Origin: Euprymna scolopes
Taxonomy: Eukaryota
Length of the DNA stretch: 64,000 nucleotides
Assembly (NCBI GenBank): GCA_053919585.1
Contig: CM132799.1
Direction: 5' to 3' (one strand)
Under the pieces are notes generated by a model that was given only the letters and a program-made list of their open reading frames with translations, ran no database searches and was not told where the DNA came from. The translations under genes were made by a program, and so were the position numbers. Each line of letters starts with the position of its first letter. Positions within the stretch are counted from its first letter, which is position 1. This document shows, piece after piece, positions 52,141 to 64,000 of this stretch.

Positions 52141-54299
52141 TGTGTCATAGAGCCAATATCTTCCTTAAGGATGCAGCATTACAAAAAAACTAAAAAGAAA
52201 TACTTGTCCGTTCATTGAGGAATTCTCGTCTAAAAGTCTTTTTCCCTTGCAGACTGGTTTACAATTGAAGACTTGAAAAACATAAAAGGAATTTTCATCG
52301 CTTAATTGATTCCATGTTTACACTCTCTTTTCTAGTATGTACTGTGGGCTGCTCCGAGCACCCAGTTAAAGCGAGCTCCAAGGATGTCATCACTTTCCAG
52401 TCATGAAGTCCACTCAAATATTTTCTGATTCCCCAGCTGCTATCTATCCAATCATTTGTTTTTCATACATTCTTCAACCATCCCACAAATGATTTGCGTT
52501 TACTTTTCTAATCCTGATAACTAAAAATATTGTCGCAACATATTGGAATTTATTGACTAAATTCTAAGCCTGACCTACATTCCGTTTTGTGAGTTTTTCT
52601 TAAAATTTAGTATCACCCCCCCCCCCAACTCGACTCTCAAGGGGGAATCTTCTAATACCAATAAAAATCTCCCAGTCTTTTATCTTTCAATATAATCCTC
52701 TTCTAAGTTCACACAGTTCCACTGTCGTTGCTGAAGGGTTTTATTCCCTTTGTAATGTAGTCGTTACATGTCAATACTTGGGACCCACACCTTGTATGCA
52801 GACAGTCACAAGAATAGAATCAACACACTTTTTTTTTTTTTCGGTTGAAACAACAGACATTTATTTACAGGTACTTTCAGCATAACAGCTTGTCTCTTGT
52901 TCAAAAGTCTTCTCATACTCCAATGTGCTTAACAAGACTCTGCCGTGTCAGACACACAGTACTCTGTCTTAGTTCGGCCATTTTTAAAACATGTCTTTAC
53001 TTGTCGCTCACGAGCCATGTGTATAACATATCTACTTCTGCTCTGTCATGTATCAAACACGTCTCGAACACCTGCTTCTCTGAACATGTCTTTTTTAACA
53101 CTGCTATCACATGGAGTTCAATTTATTTGTCAAAAAAAAAAATAATACAATCATGTTTCAATTCATGTGTGGGGAAATGGTGGTAGAAATTTAGACAAAA
53201 GGGAACACAGTAGTTGAGCACCTGTCCACATTCACCTTAAATTGTTGCGTTGTTGGCGCATTTATTACTTCACTAGGAAATCTATTTCAAGGTGCAGGGA
53301 TTCTGGTTGAGAAAATAGTTCTCTTTCAATTTTTTTTGTATTTGTTTATTTTGAGTGAGGTTTAATACTTTTCAGTCTCTTTCCCTCTCTGACCATTCCT
53401 CTCTCCTTTTCTCTTTCCATCCTCGTCTCTCTTTCTCTTTTCCTCCCTCTCTATCCCTCTCTCACTCTTTAATTCATTTTCACAAACTCCCCCCCCCGTG
53501 TTTGAATGCATTTTCATGTAAACCATCTTGAATCGGTTTCGTTCTCCACTACAGATGAAACTCACACAAACGCCATCTTATTTTATTGCTTAAGAGTGGA
53601 AAGGTGTGATTTTTTCTTTCTTTCTTTAAAAAAAAAAAAAAAAAGAAAATTGCATGAAAATTTTTACCTGAAACATTTTCTGACGCCAATTCTTCAAGAC
53701 TTTCTTCTCTAAACCAATTACTTTCTTGCCACCTGAATACTTGTGGAATTAATCGTTTCATTTCATTGATCAAATTAACTATTCCAACATTTGTTCAGAT
53801 GAAATAGGATTAGGATTGTCAGAAGTTTGTCATTTTTTTTTTTTAGAAAGAAAGAAAGGTGGTTTTATCTTTGTGAGAGAGAGTGAGAGTGTTTTGTCAA
53901 GAAAGAAAAACAGACTTTTAAGTGGGTACATTCGCTTGCATCTTAGTTCCACTGTATCATCTCTTATTTCTACTCTTCACTTTAACTTTTTCATCTGATG
54001 CTGTTGTTACGTTGACTTATATGTCACGCTACCCTGCCAACAAATTTGTGATCTTACAGGGTGAACCATAAAAAAAAGGGATGACGACCAAATATTCCAC
54101 ACAGATAATTGTAATAAAATTCACATCTCATTGTTGAATCCGACCATATTTGGTATGAAAAAAATTAAATATATAATGGGCTTGGCCACCAAGTTTGAGT
54201 CATTAATGTCCAACAGTCTTTGTTCAATTGTTCGTTGTTCAATATGCTCTAAATGTGCACCTCTGCACGCGGGTCAAAGTAAATGGGAAAGGGTAAGTG

Positions 54300-56585
54300 A
54301 TAAATAAACGGTAATAATAAAAACACAGTTGATTTATAAATGTAAATAATAAAGACACAGTTGGTTTATAAATGTTAATAATAAAGACACAGTTGAGTTG
54401 ATTTATAAATGTTAATAATAAAGACACAGTTGGTTTATAAATGTTAATAATAAAGACACAGTTGAGTTGATTTATAAATGTTAATAAAGGCATAGTTGGT
54501 TTATAAATGTTAATAAAAACGCAGTTAATTTATACATGTTCATAATAAAGGCACAGTTGGTTTATAAATGTTAATAATAAAGGCATGGTTGGTTTATAAA
54601 TGTTAATAAGGTACAGCTGGTTTATAAATGTTAATATGGTACAGCTGTTTAATTATAAAGGCACAGTTGATTTATAAATGTTAATAATAAAAGCACAGTT
54701 GGCTTACAAATGTTAATAATAAAGGCACAGTTAGCTTACAAATGTTAATAATAAAGGCACAGTTAGTTTATACACGGTAATAATAAAAACACAGTTGATT
54801 TATACACGGTAGTAAAAAATGTTTTTTTATAAATGTAATTTATAATTTATACACGGTAATAATAAATTCACAGTGGGTTAATAAATGTAAATAATAAATT
54901 CACGGTTGATTTATAAATGTTAATAAAGGCACAGTTTAATAATAAAAACATAGTTGATTTATAAATGTTAATAATAAAGGCGCATTTGGTTTATAAATGT
55001 TAATAATAAAAACACAGTTGGTTTATAAATGTTAATAAAAAAGGCACAGTTGGTTTATAAATGTTCATAATAAAGGCACAGTTAATTTATATGCGGTAAT
55101 AATAAAAACACACTTGATTTATAAATTTAATAAAGTTAAAGATGGTTTATAAATGTTAATAATAAAGCCACAGTTGACTTTATTATTAAAGACACAGTTG
55201 ATTTATAAATAAAGGCACAATTTATAAATGTTAATAAAAACACAGTTTATTTATACACGGTAATAATAAATGTTAATAAAGCAAAGTTGACTTATAAATT
55301 TTAATAAAGGCACAGTTGGTTTATAAATGTTAATAAAAACACAGTTGATTTATAAATGTTAATAATAAAGGCATAGTTGGTTTATAAATGTTAATAAGGC
55401 ACAGCTGGTTTATAAATGTTAATTATAAAGGCACAGTTGATTTAGAAATGTTAATAATAAAGGCACAGTTGTCTTATACACGGTAATAATAAAAACATAG
55501 TTGATTTATACACGGTAGTAACAAAAACACAGTTGGTTTATTAATGTAAATTATAATTTATACATGGTAATAATAAATTCACAGTTAATTTATAAATGTT
55601 AATAAAGGCACAGTTTATTTATAAATGTTAATAAAGGCACAGTTGATTTATAAATGTTAATAAAGGCACAGTTGATTTATAAATGTTAATAAAGGCACAG
55701 TTGATTTATAAATGTTAATAAAGGCACAGTTGATTTATAAATGTTAATATTAAAACACAGTTGGTTTATAAATGTTAAAAAAAGGCACAGTTGGTTTATA
55801 AATGTTCATAATAAAGGCACAGTTGATTTATACACGGTAATAATAAAAACACACTTGATTTAAAAATTTAATAAAGTCAAAGTTGATTTATAAATGTTAA
55901 TAAAGGCACAGATGAATTATAAATGTTAATAATAAAGGCACAGTTTGTTTATAAATGTTAATAATAAAGGCACAGTTGATTTATAAATAAAGACACAGTT
56001 TATAAATGTTAATAAAAACTCAGGTTATTTATACATGGTAATAATAAACGTTAATAAAGCACAGTTGACTTATAAATTTTAATAATAAAGGCACAGTTGG
56101 TTTATAAATTCTAATAATAAAGACACAGTTGACTTTATTATTAAAGATACAGTTGATTTATAAATAAACGGCGCAGTTTATAAATGTTAATAATAAAGAC
56201 ACAGTTCATTTATAAATGTTAATAAAGTTAAAGATGGTTTGTAAATGTAAATAATAAATGCACAGTTGACTTATAATGTTAATGCAGACACAGTTGATTT
56301 ATAAATGTTAATAATAAAGGCACAGTTGACTTTATTATTAAAGACACAGTTAATTTATAAATATTAATAATAAAGGCACAATTGGATTATAAATGTTAAT
56401 AATAAAGGTACAGTTGGTTTATAATTATTAATAATAAAGACAGTTGATTAATAAACGGTATTAATAAAAACAATTTAATAAAGGCACAGATGACTAATAA
56501 ACGATAATGAAGACACAGTTTACTTATAAACGGTAATAATAAATACACAGATTACTTATAAATGGTTATAATAAAAACACAGTTA
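54300..56585. repeat. About 2.3-kb degenerate minisatellite, 29-32-bp unit AAAGGCACAGTTGATTTATAAATGTTAAT(AAT)
   Basis: Exact 29-bp period at 55633, 55662, 55691 and 55720; degenerate elsewhere. Confidence 0.95.
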
Positions 56586-57202
56586 AATTTGCACATATAT
56601 TTATTTCTAACAAGAATAAATGTAAAAGGGACATAATACAACATGATGCATAAAAGAGATTGAAAAAAAAGCACATGTAATTACTAACAAGAGTATTCAT
56701 ATTAAGTCGCTAACACAATCAAAATAACATGGATTACCAGGGTAAACACACATAGAATGCGAAAGCTATGTAAAGTAAATAAGACTCAATTTGCTATTGT
56801 CTACAAATTATTCTTGATACAAATGCTGTGATCTGTAGAAAATGGTCATGTTCTTACTTACTCACCCGTGAGATCTGATCAGATAACGTCTATGTGTAAA
56901 TACACACCTAGCCTGGACATGCCAGGTTAGCTTCAAGCCAGATACCAGAAAGAGGCTGAATTCAGTTTTTAAATCCCCAAGTGGAATTTAGTTTTGTTTT
57001 CAGAAGTAGAAAGTTCATTTCCTTATTGGCAAATAATGTTCAGGGGAGATAATGAGAATCTGGTTCAAAAGGGATGTTTCCTGAATATTCTAAACTTTAA
57101 TTTTTATTCTAGTTTTGAAAATTTCTTTGTTTTGTTTCTTGTTGTTGTTATGTTTTTTTTTTTTTTAACTTTATCATTTGTATTTATTTTATTTCTTTTT
57201 AG

Positions 57203-57320
57203 ACGGTTCTTCAAGGACATGCCTAAGGCTGCCCTTGACAAAAAATCAAATTTAGAGTTCCTGGAAAAAGATATTGGATTGAAAAGATTTTTACCTCGAA
57301 ATGTAATTGAATCAATGAAG
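57203..57320 (+). CDS. PTK2: FAK FERM exon (118 nt): RFFKDMPKAALDKKSNLEFLEKDIGLKRFLPRNVIESMK
   Basis: Acceptor tttcttttTAG, donor GTaagt at 57321. Matches FAK [30 protein letters not shown]. Phases are compatible on both sides. Confidence 0.96.
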
Positions 57321-58417
57321 GTAAGTCACAAAAATCAGTAATTAGGAGCTTATTTAGGTTATCACTTATTTAGAAAAACAAAAAAGAAAAATCTTCATGG
57401 TATACCTATGGTACGAAGTTGTTATATTCCAAAAATCACAAAAATTGATCAAGTATTTTTTCTTAATTTAAGGAAATCAAATTTTACGATTTTTAGCCAT
57501 AAAGTATTTTTAGCAGCCATTAAAATAAAAAGAAAAAAATAGTCATATTGAGTTGTCCTTCCTGCCTTGTGACTTGTTCACCATTGAATTCAAACATAAC
57601 TCATAGATTGTCTTTCATGGAATAAATCATAAAATTTTATTTTCTTTGTTATGGCGATAAAAGGGGAAATAATTCTAAATAAAGAAAGTAAGAGTTATTG
57701 CCCCTTATAGATCTTTGAAAAGACTAGAGAGTTCAAGAGGGAACCGAACACAAGATAGCGGCTTCGCTGGACACTGAATATCATCTGTAATTAATTTAAT
57801 GTTTCTGCCATGAATAAATTGTGTTTAAAAATACAATAAGCTTGCCTGTTTGTTCTATGTTATCCAATAATCCTGACATCACTATTTCTCCAAACACAAC
57901 ATTCTTAAATAATAAATAAAAAATAAAAATTACTTGATAAAATTACATGATTTTTGGAATATGCCATTTTCATCCCTGATAGGCATGTACATCATAAAGA
58001 CCTTTCTGCATTTTCTTGAATTCAAATTTTCATTGTCACAATTGGAACACAAAAAATGCCTCAGTCTAGAAATACCTCTCTTTTAATGGTCAAGAAGAGA
58101 ATAGACTAAGCATAGCATAAGAACAGATACTACACTTTGTTCCTAGCCAAAAGACCAAGAAAATTCAGTTTCAGCAACATCTTTTCAAACTTGGAAATCT
58201 TTATGTCGATCTCAAGAATTTATGAGGTAGATTGTTCTTGTTGCATCAGACATGAACGAATTTACATTTTCTTTTTCATTTAAAATTGAGACAACTTTAT
58301 GTGTGCGTGTTTTCTTTGCAGGCACATAATTATCTCCATCCCCGACAAACCTGCTTAGCAACAAAATTACACCCCTTCATTGTTGAGGTCCCTAAATGCC
58401 AAAAAGCTTTCTATTCT

Positions 58418-58740
58418 GAATTTTTGAGATGAGGATTAGTTATTTGTATTATTTGGATTCATCGGACTACTGTTCTCACACCATTTCAGTCGATGTAAAA
58501 TCCGACCTTCTTCAAGTGTATCTTGTCGAATTCGGGAATGTTTCTGTTGAACTCGTGAATTTGGACAGAATTTCTGTCCAAATTTATTTACTTCACGGGG
58601 GTAGCGTGCTCTTGTTCTGTCAGCCATGACTGGATAGAGATCCCACGTAATTTGAAATTGTATTTTTTGGTCGCCCACACTGAGGATTGAACCTTCAACT
58701 TTTTTACAATTGATTTTTTCCAAGTACTCTAACAATTGCG
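58418..58740 (-). mobile_element. tRNA-head SINE with hammerhead-like tail (copy 1)
   Basis: The reverse complement aligns along its length with 59432-59735. Confidence 0.75.
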
Positions 58741-58891
58741 AACAATTTTAATGTGAATTTTAAGAGTCTTAAACCTATTTTTATTCCTAGTTGTAAATAT
58801 CACTATTTATTACTAATTATTCGCACTCCGGATGAGAATAGTAGTTCAATGAAGCCAAATAATGCATACATGGATAGATACACCGATAATT

Positions 58892-59073
58892 AAGTCTAAC
58901 GTAAACAAGTTCTTGATGAGCCGTTCCGTATAAGTTAACAACTTTACCGAATTTCCATTACTAATGATTACTATATTGTCCAATTTCTACTGTACACGCT
59001 TTAACCCTTATCCTCGAGTGGCCTCTTGGCCTTGATAATGTGGTGATGCCTGTGTAAAAAAAACAAAAAAAAA
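58892..59073 (+). mobile_element. CR1/L2-like family A extreme 3' end
   Basis: aagtctaacgtaaac...ggccttgataa..gatgcctgtgt followed by an A tail. Confidence 0.85.
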
Positions 59074-59431
59074 CTAATAAATACACAAATAACTGCTAAT
59101 TCACTTTTCTCTTCAACTATATAACGATACTAAATAGCATAAAATAAACTAAAACGGAATTTAAAAAATAATAATTTTGTAAGAATTTTGATTTCTTAAT
59201 TTTCTTTTTTCTTTTTTTCTTTTTTTTTTTTTTTTCATTTTTGGTTTAAAAAAAAAAGTTTGGTTGCATCTGAGTTATTATTTTCGCATTTCAACTAATG
59301 TAACCGCTGACCTTCTTCAGGTGCATCTTTTCAAATTAGGGGTAACATTACGTTTTTGAATTTTTGAGATGAGGATTGGTTATTCGTATAATTTGCATTC
59401 ATTGGACTACTGTTCTCATTTTGAGTGTGAG

Positions 59432-59735
59432 GACTCGTGGCGCAGTGGTTAGAATATTTGGAAAAATCAATTGTAAAAGTGATATTCGCCTGAAGGTTGA
59501 AGGTTCGATTCAGTGTGACGACTGAAAAAAATACAATTGCAAATTACTTAAGACCTCTATCCAGTCATGGCTGACAGAACAAGATCATGCTACCTCCATG
59601 AAGTAAATAAAGAGTTCCGTTCGAAATTCCATCCAAATTCCCAAATTTGACAAGATATATCTGTAGAAGGTTGGAGGTTATATCAACCGAAATGTTGTGA
59701 AAATGACACTCAAGATGAATCCAAATAATATGAAT
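59432..59735 (+). mobile_element. tRNA-head SINE with hammerhead-like tail (copy 2)
   Basis: A box TGGCGCAGTGG, B box GGTTCGATT, shared body, then ctgtagaAggttg..caaccGAAAtgttgtg. Confidence 0.75.
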
Positions 59736-60987
59736 AGGGCAACATTAATTCAAATTTGGAAAACGTGCAAAGTTTTGTATTAAATGCTTTATTTAATTCA
59801 TGGGAGTAAAAGTGTTAAGGTATTCTTAGTTATTATTGCTTGATTGAACCTTTAACCTACGGAATGCTGCTGTTTACTATTGACTGTTAAGTAGTGCCCT
59901 TTTTGGAAGTATTAAGCTATTTTTTAGTTCTATTCTAATCTACTATTCGTAATGAGAGTGATCTCCCTTTGATGTAGCCTTGTTTTCGAATATCATCTAT
60001 AAAATATTCTGCTTGTTCCTTCCTTAGTTAGTCTGTACGTTATGCTTTGAAAACGGCCAAATACAATTTTTGAAGGCCAAACTATTTAAAAAAAAAAAAA
60101 AAAAAGGCTAAATTTTTTAAATTTGGCTTTGAAATGGCCAATCTGGCAACTTTGGACAAGAATATGAGAGTGATCTCCCATTACTGTAGCTCGTTTTCGA
60201 ATGTCATTATAATAATATATGATCATTGTTATAATTGTGTGAGAAAGGTACTCTTAGTAATTTCGACGTGCAACAGTTCTTCACTGAAGAAAGAAATCTG
60301 AAACATTATGAAAAAAAAAAATAGGGGGAACATTTGAAAGAAACAGGGCAAAAAAAACAATTTTCTGCCAAAGAATATTTTCTGACCTCAATTGCCTCTT
60401 ACACAGTGATTTTATTATTTGCATTAAACTATGTAGGATTCATTAGTATTTAATAATTTATCTCATTTGAGTCAGTTCTATATTTAAAATACACTGGATA
60501 CTATTTTCATAGAAATATTAATAAACTTATATTTGCTACGTGGTATTGGTTAAAAAAAATAACTTTTTGAATTATCTAGAAAAATATCAACGTTGATTGA
60601 ATAATGTGGAATTTCCACGGGTTTTGCTATTTTGTAATTAAAGTTTCTTAAATTGTATTTAATTCTATACTTAGTTTACTTAGAGGAACATCATTTCTTT
60701 GAGACCTTTTACCCGCTCTCCAACTGTTCTTCACTGTCTATAATTTTTACTTTGTTATTGCAATTTTTAGGTTGTTCTAATTATCATAAAAATGAACAAA
60801 ACGAAACAAAACTTTACTAAAACGAAATGAAACAAACAAAACATATTTTGTAAAATTTTTACTATGAAAGTTTTTACCTCTCTCCTTGGTTATTCCTGGC
60901 TACACCCTTGTTTTTATTTTACTATTTGTGCGATAAATGGTCCATCTTTATAAATTTATGGATTGAATAAATAATGCCCATTAATTT

Positions 60988-61022
<35 letters not shown>

Positions 61023-61083
61023 AATCTTTTTTTGGTTAAAAATAACGTTGATATATTTTTTTTTGTATTGTTTTTCATTTCAG

Positions 61084-61224
61084 GCAAAGAGTCTTCGGAG
61101 GTTAATCCAACATCGCTTCAAAATGTATTCTTCCCTGACAGAGTCTGACTGTGTCTTCAAGTTCTTTGAGACCTTATCAACTGTAACCAAGTTCAACCAG
61201 GAGCGCTTTAAATGTGCCTTAGGA
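61084..61224 (+). CDS. PTK2: FAK FERM exon (141 nt): AKSLRRLIQHRFKMYSSLTESDCVFKFFETLSTVTKFNQERFKCALG
   Basis: Acceptor ttttcatttCAG, donor GTaagt at 61225. Matches FAK AKTLRKLIQQTF...ERFKCALG, including the KAKTLRK-like basic patch across the junction (K|AKSLRR). Confidence 0.96.
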
Positions 61225-61540
61225 GTAAGTGAAATAAAATGGTGCTTATGCAGTTTGGTAAAAATATTAAAAAACGGAGATAAAGAAAAATTTCTATGAT
61301 GTTATGGAATAAACTTATCACACACACACACATACACACACACACACACTTAATTCAATCAAGTAGATTTTTTTTTTTTTTTTTTTACAGAGAAAAATCA
61401 AATTTTAGAGAAGGTGGGGTGCCAAGGTAGATAACTCCATCTAATTCTTGAAGTTAGGAATAAGTGGAATAAAATGAGAGATGGTTGGGAATAAGATTCT
61501 CTTTATTATGTTAGTGAGACTTGTGCATGAAATTCTTATG

Positions 61541-62091
61541 GATATAGTCAACTACGCCTTCCCTAATTTTCTGCAGAGTTCTATCTGAATCAATGACGAG
61601 GCAAATCAGTTCTTTCGCTTTTTTTCCTCAGTATTTCTATTGTGAAGCGATTTATTGAAAAAACAAAAAACAAAAAAGGACATTATTGAAAAATATACAA
61701 TAAAAATTAACAAAATTACACAGATAAAAAAATAGAACAATTAGTCTTTATTTGGACTTTTAATAACAAAATTTAAAAATGAAAGTTCTTATTTAAAATT
61801 TTATAAGAAATATATATGTTCATGAAATTATAAAAATAAGATCCTTTTTTTAAATTTTTCAAATAAGTTTTTTATTTGAATTTATATAATAAATATATGT
61901 TTATGAAAGTATATAAATAAAATGATTGAAATTAAGATGACAAATGAAATTGTTGGAATCAAAGTAATAAAATTTCAAACTTCATAAAAATAAAAAAAAA
62001 TGTACCCAATACATAATAAAAGCAAAGGAACTGATTTGCCTTGTCATCACTTCCAGCTATGCTCCACAGAAAATTAGGAAGTTGGCTATAA
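61541..62091. repeat. Degenerate TIR element (~75-bp arms, AT-rich interior)
   Basis: cctaattttctg...aggcaaatcagttc / gaactgatttgcctt...cagaaaattagg. Confidence 0.6.
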
Positions 62092-62485
62092 CCAATTGTT
62101 GTTATTGTCTAGGATTGAATAAGGAACCTCATTCCCTTTTGCCACAGCTCATAAGATAACATGAAAATGAGGATAACGAAATTAAATTTAGCAGTTGTGA
62201 CCCAAAAAGGATATACTCAACATAAATTTGAGGAGGGGAGTTAAATGACATTAATGGATTTAAATTTCAGTAAATATTTTGTCTGGTCCCTACCTGGCAT
62301 TAATATAAAATGATAAGGCAAGTATTAAACTATGAAGGTGATCTTAGCGTTAGGTTCAAGCCTGGCTACTGCAGCTAACTTTTTTTTTTGCGCTTGCACG
62401 GGTACTCGTTGCTATTTTTTTTTTTTTTTTTTTTTTTTTTTAGGGGCTCAATTGCTCAATACCCTTACCATAAAACCTCTCCACA

Positions 62486-62600
62486 CCCGGGCAACGGTGG
62501 GTACTCCTGCTAGTATAGAAATAAATACAAAATTTATGTTAATCAAAATATCATATTTAAGCATACTTTACAACCGGGCAATGCTGGGCGGTCTGCTAAT
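62486..62600 (+). mobile_element. Two tandem Helitron-type 3' ends
   Basis: cccgggcaacggtgggtactcctgCTAG|T and ccgggcaatgctgggcggtctgctaat. Confidence 0.55.
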
Positions 62601-63319
62601 ATATATATATATATATATATACTAAAAATGATAATACAAGTCTTAAACTATGAAGATAATTTTCTAAACATTTCAGAGAAATGGTATTGTTTTTATTTTA
62701 TTTTTAGAAGTTTTTATACACTCGCTAATATTTGCCATCGTCTGCTTTGCTTGGTAGACGCATTTGAATCGTTCAACGTTCTTCAACAGATCAACTGTAC
62801 TCATAACTGAGTCTTAGAAGAAAGAAAATGGCCACTCAGACTAACGAAGCCTACTTGTCTAGAACTTGAAAAGACGCTTTAGAAATGGTCAAGTCACTCT
62901 CAGAAATAAGTTGATGTGAGAGGAAATATCATGTGTCATGAATACCCCCCCCCCAAAAAAAAAATATCTAAAGTAAAAAAAAAGAAAACATTCTGTTGAA
63001 AGAAGCCACGTTAAAAATATTTTTCCTTTTCTGGTAGGCAAAAGTAAAGGTTAATTTTTGTGTGAAGAATGGCATGAAAAATAAAAAAAACAAAAGAAAC
63101 CTGTGACCCAAAGATATACTCAACATAAATTCGGGGACCGGTATAAATTAAATGACATTAATTAAAATAAATTTCAGTAAATATTTTGTCTAACCCCTCG
63201 TAGGCATTTGTCAGGAGTCAGCAAGACACCTGTTCACTTCTGCCGCAAATTATGAATAAGATGAAGTAAAATGTATTTCCTTTTATGGATGCCAAGATTG
63301 AATTTAGACCCCCACAATA

Positions 63320-63850
63320 ATATTTCAGTCGATGTAACTTCCGACCGTCTTCAGGTGCATATTTTCAAACTTGGGGAATCTTTATGTTTAACTCCTGATT
63401 TCATAAAGATGGACCTGAAAAAAAAAAGTTGGAGATTACAGCAGCCATAAAATTGCCAAATTACACCAAGATGAGAATGGTAGTCCTAATAATCCAAATC
63501 ATACAACTTATCAATCCTCATCTCAAAAATTCTGGAAACATTACTATTTTTACATTTCTGAAATGTTTAGATGACCATTTAATTATTTATATTATTCTGT
63601 CTACAGTTCTCATCTTGAGTGCTATTTTTACGTTTTGGTTGGTGTAATCTCCGACCTTGCTCAAGTGTATCTTGTCAAAATCAGAAATTTTTTTTTGTTG
63701 GATTCTGGAATTTGCACAAAATTTTTTGAGTTAAACAGAAAGATTCCGGATTTCGGCAAATATGCCTGAAGGTCAGAGGTTACATCCATTAAAATGTTAT
63801 GAATAGCAATCAAGATGAGAACAGCAGTCCGAACAATCCAAATCAAATGA
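63320..63850. repeat. Cluster of alternately oriented hammerhead-like tail units
   Basis: Fragments similar to 58418-58545 on the -, +, - and + strands in turn. Confidence 0.65.
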
Positions 63851-63940
63851 ATAAATTTCGTTAAAGAATCTCTTTGATATTTTTCATCCTATAGATATAT
63901 GAACAGTAGGGCAGTCAGGGATAGGCAGGCATGGTGTTTT

Positions 63941-63945
<5 letters not shown>

Positions 63946-64000
<55 letters not shown>
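63946..64000. repeat. (TG)n microsatellite
   Basis: Direct inspection. Confidence 0.98.

Noticed and set aside
54300-56585. CRISPR-like array
   Set aside because: Contiguous tandem units without unique spacers, in a eukaryotic intron with no cas genes.
56994-57341. ORF-track entries 56994-57341 and 61048-61299 as standalone genes
   Set aside because: Only the spliced portions match FAK; the remainder is intron read-through.
57647-57878. Possible short solo LTR (TGTTATG...CTGACA with AATAAA)
   Set aside because: No matching TSD (tctt versus tcac) and only one copy; unsupported.
59432-59520. tRNA gene (also 8178-8238)
   Set aside because: A and B boxes are present but there is no complete cloverleaf; both are heads of larger elements.

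Overview
AT-rich animal genomic DNA with no prokaryotic features. The repeat content resembles what I recall from molluscs, possibly cephalopods; that assignment is unverified. The window lies inside one + strand gene, focal adhesion kinase (PTK2/FAK family). Four phase-compatible GT-AG exons encoding part of the FERM domain sit at 865-952, 47691-47770, 57203-57320 and 61084-61224, separated by introns of about 46.7, 9.4 and 3.8 kb. The introns are filled with repeats: 3' fragments of two CR1/L2-like LINE families, an internally deleted I/Nimb-type LINE, SINEs, non-autonomous Helitrons, MITEs with target-site duplications (TSDs), a probable solo LTR and three satellites of 2-2.5 kb. The most notable signals are small RNA-based elements. 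(1) A type I hammerhead ribozyme with an intact catalytic core at 8244-8302, directly behind a tRNA-like Pol III head and in the sense orientation of the FAK intron. (2) A second tRNA-head SINE family carrying a minimal hammerhead-like tail, found in inverted and circularly permuted copies. (3) Four 5S rRNA-derived (SINE3-type) heads joined to three different bodies, one with a bipartite RTE-like structure and a 12-bp TSD. All calls were made by eye; family names come from recalled motifs, not database searches.
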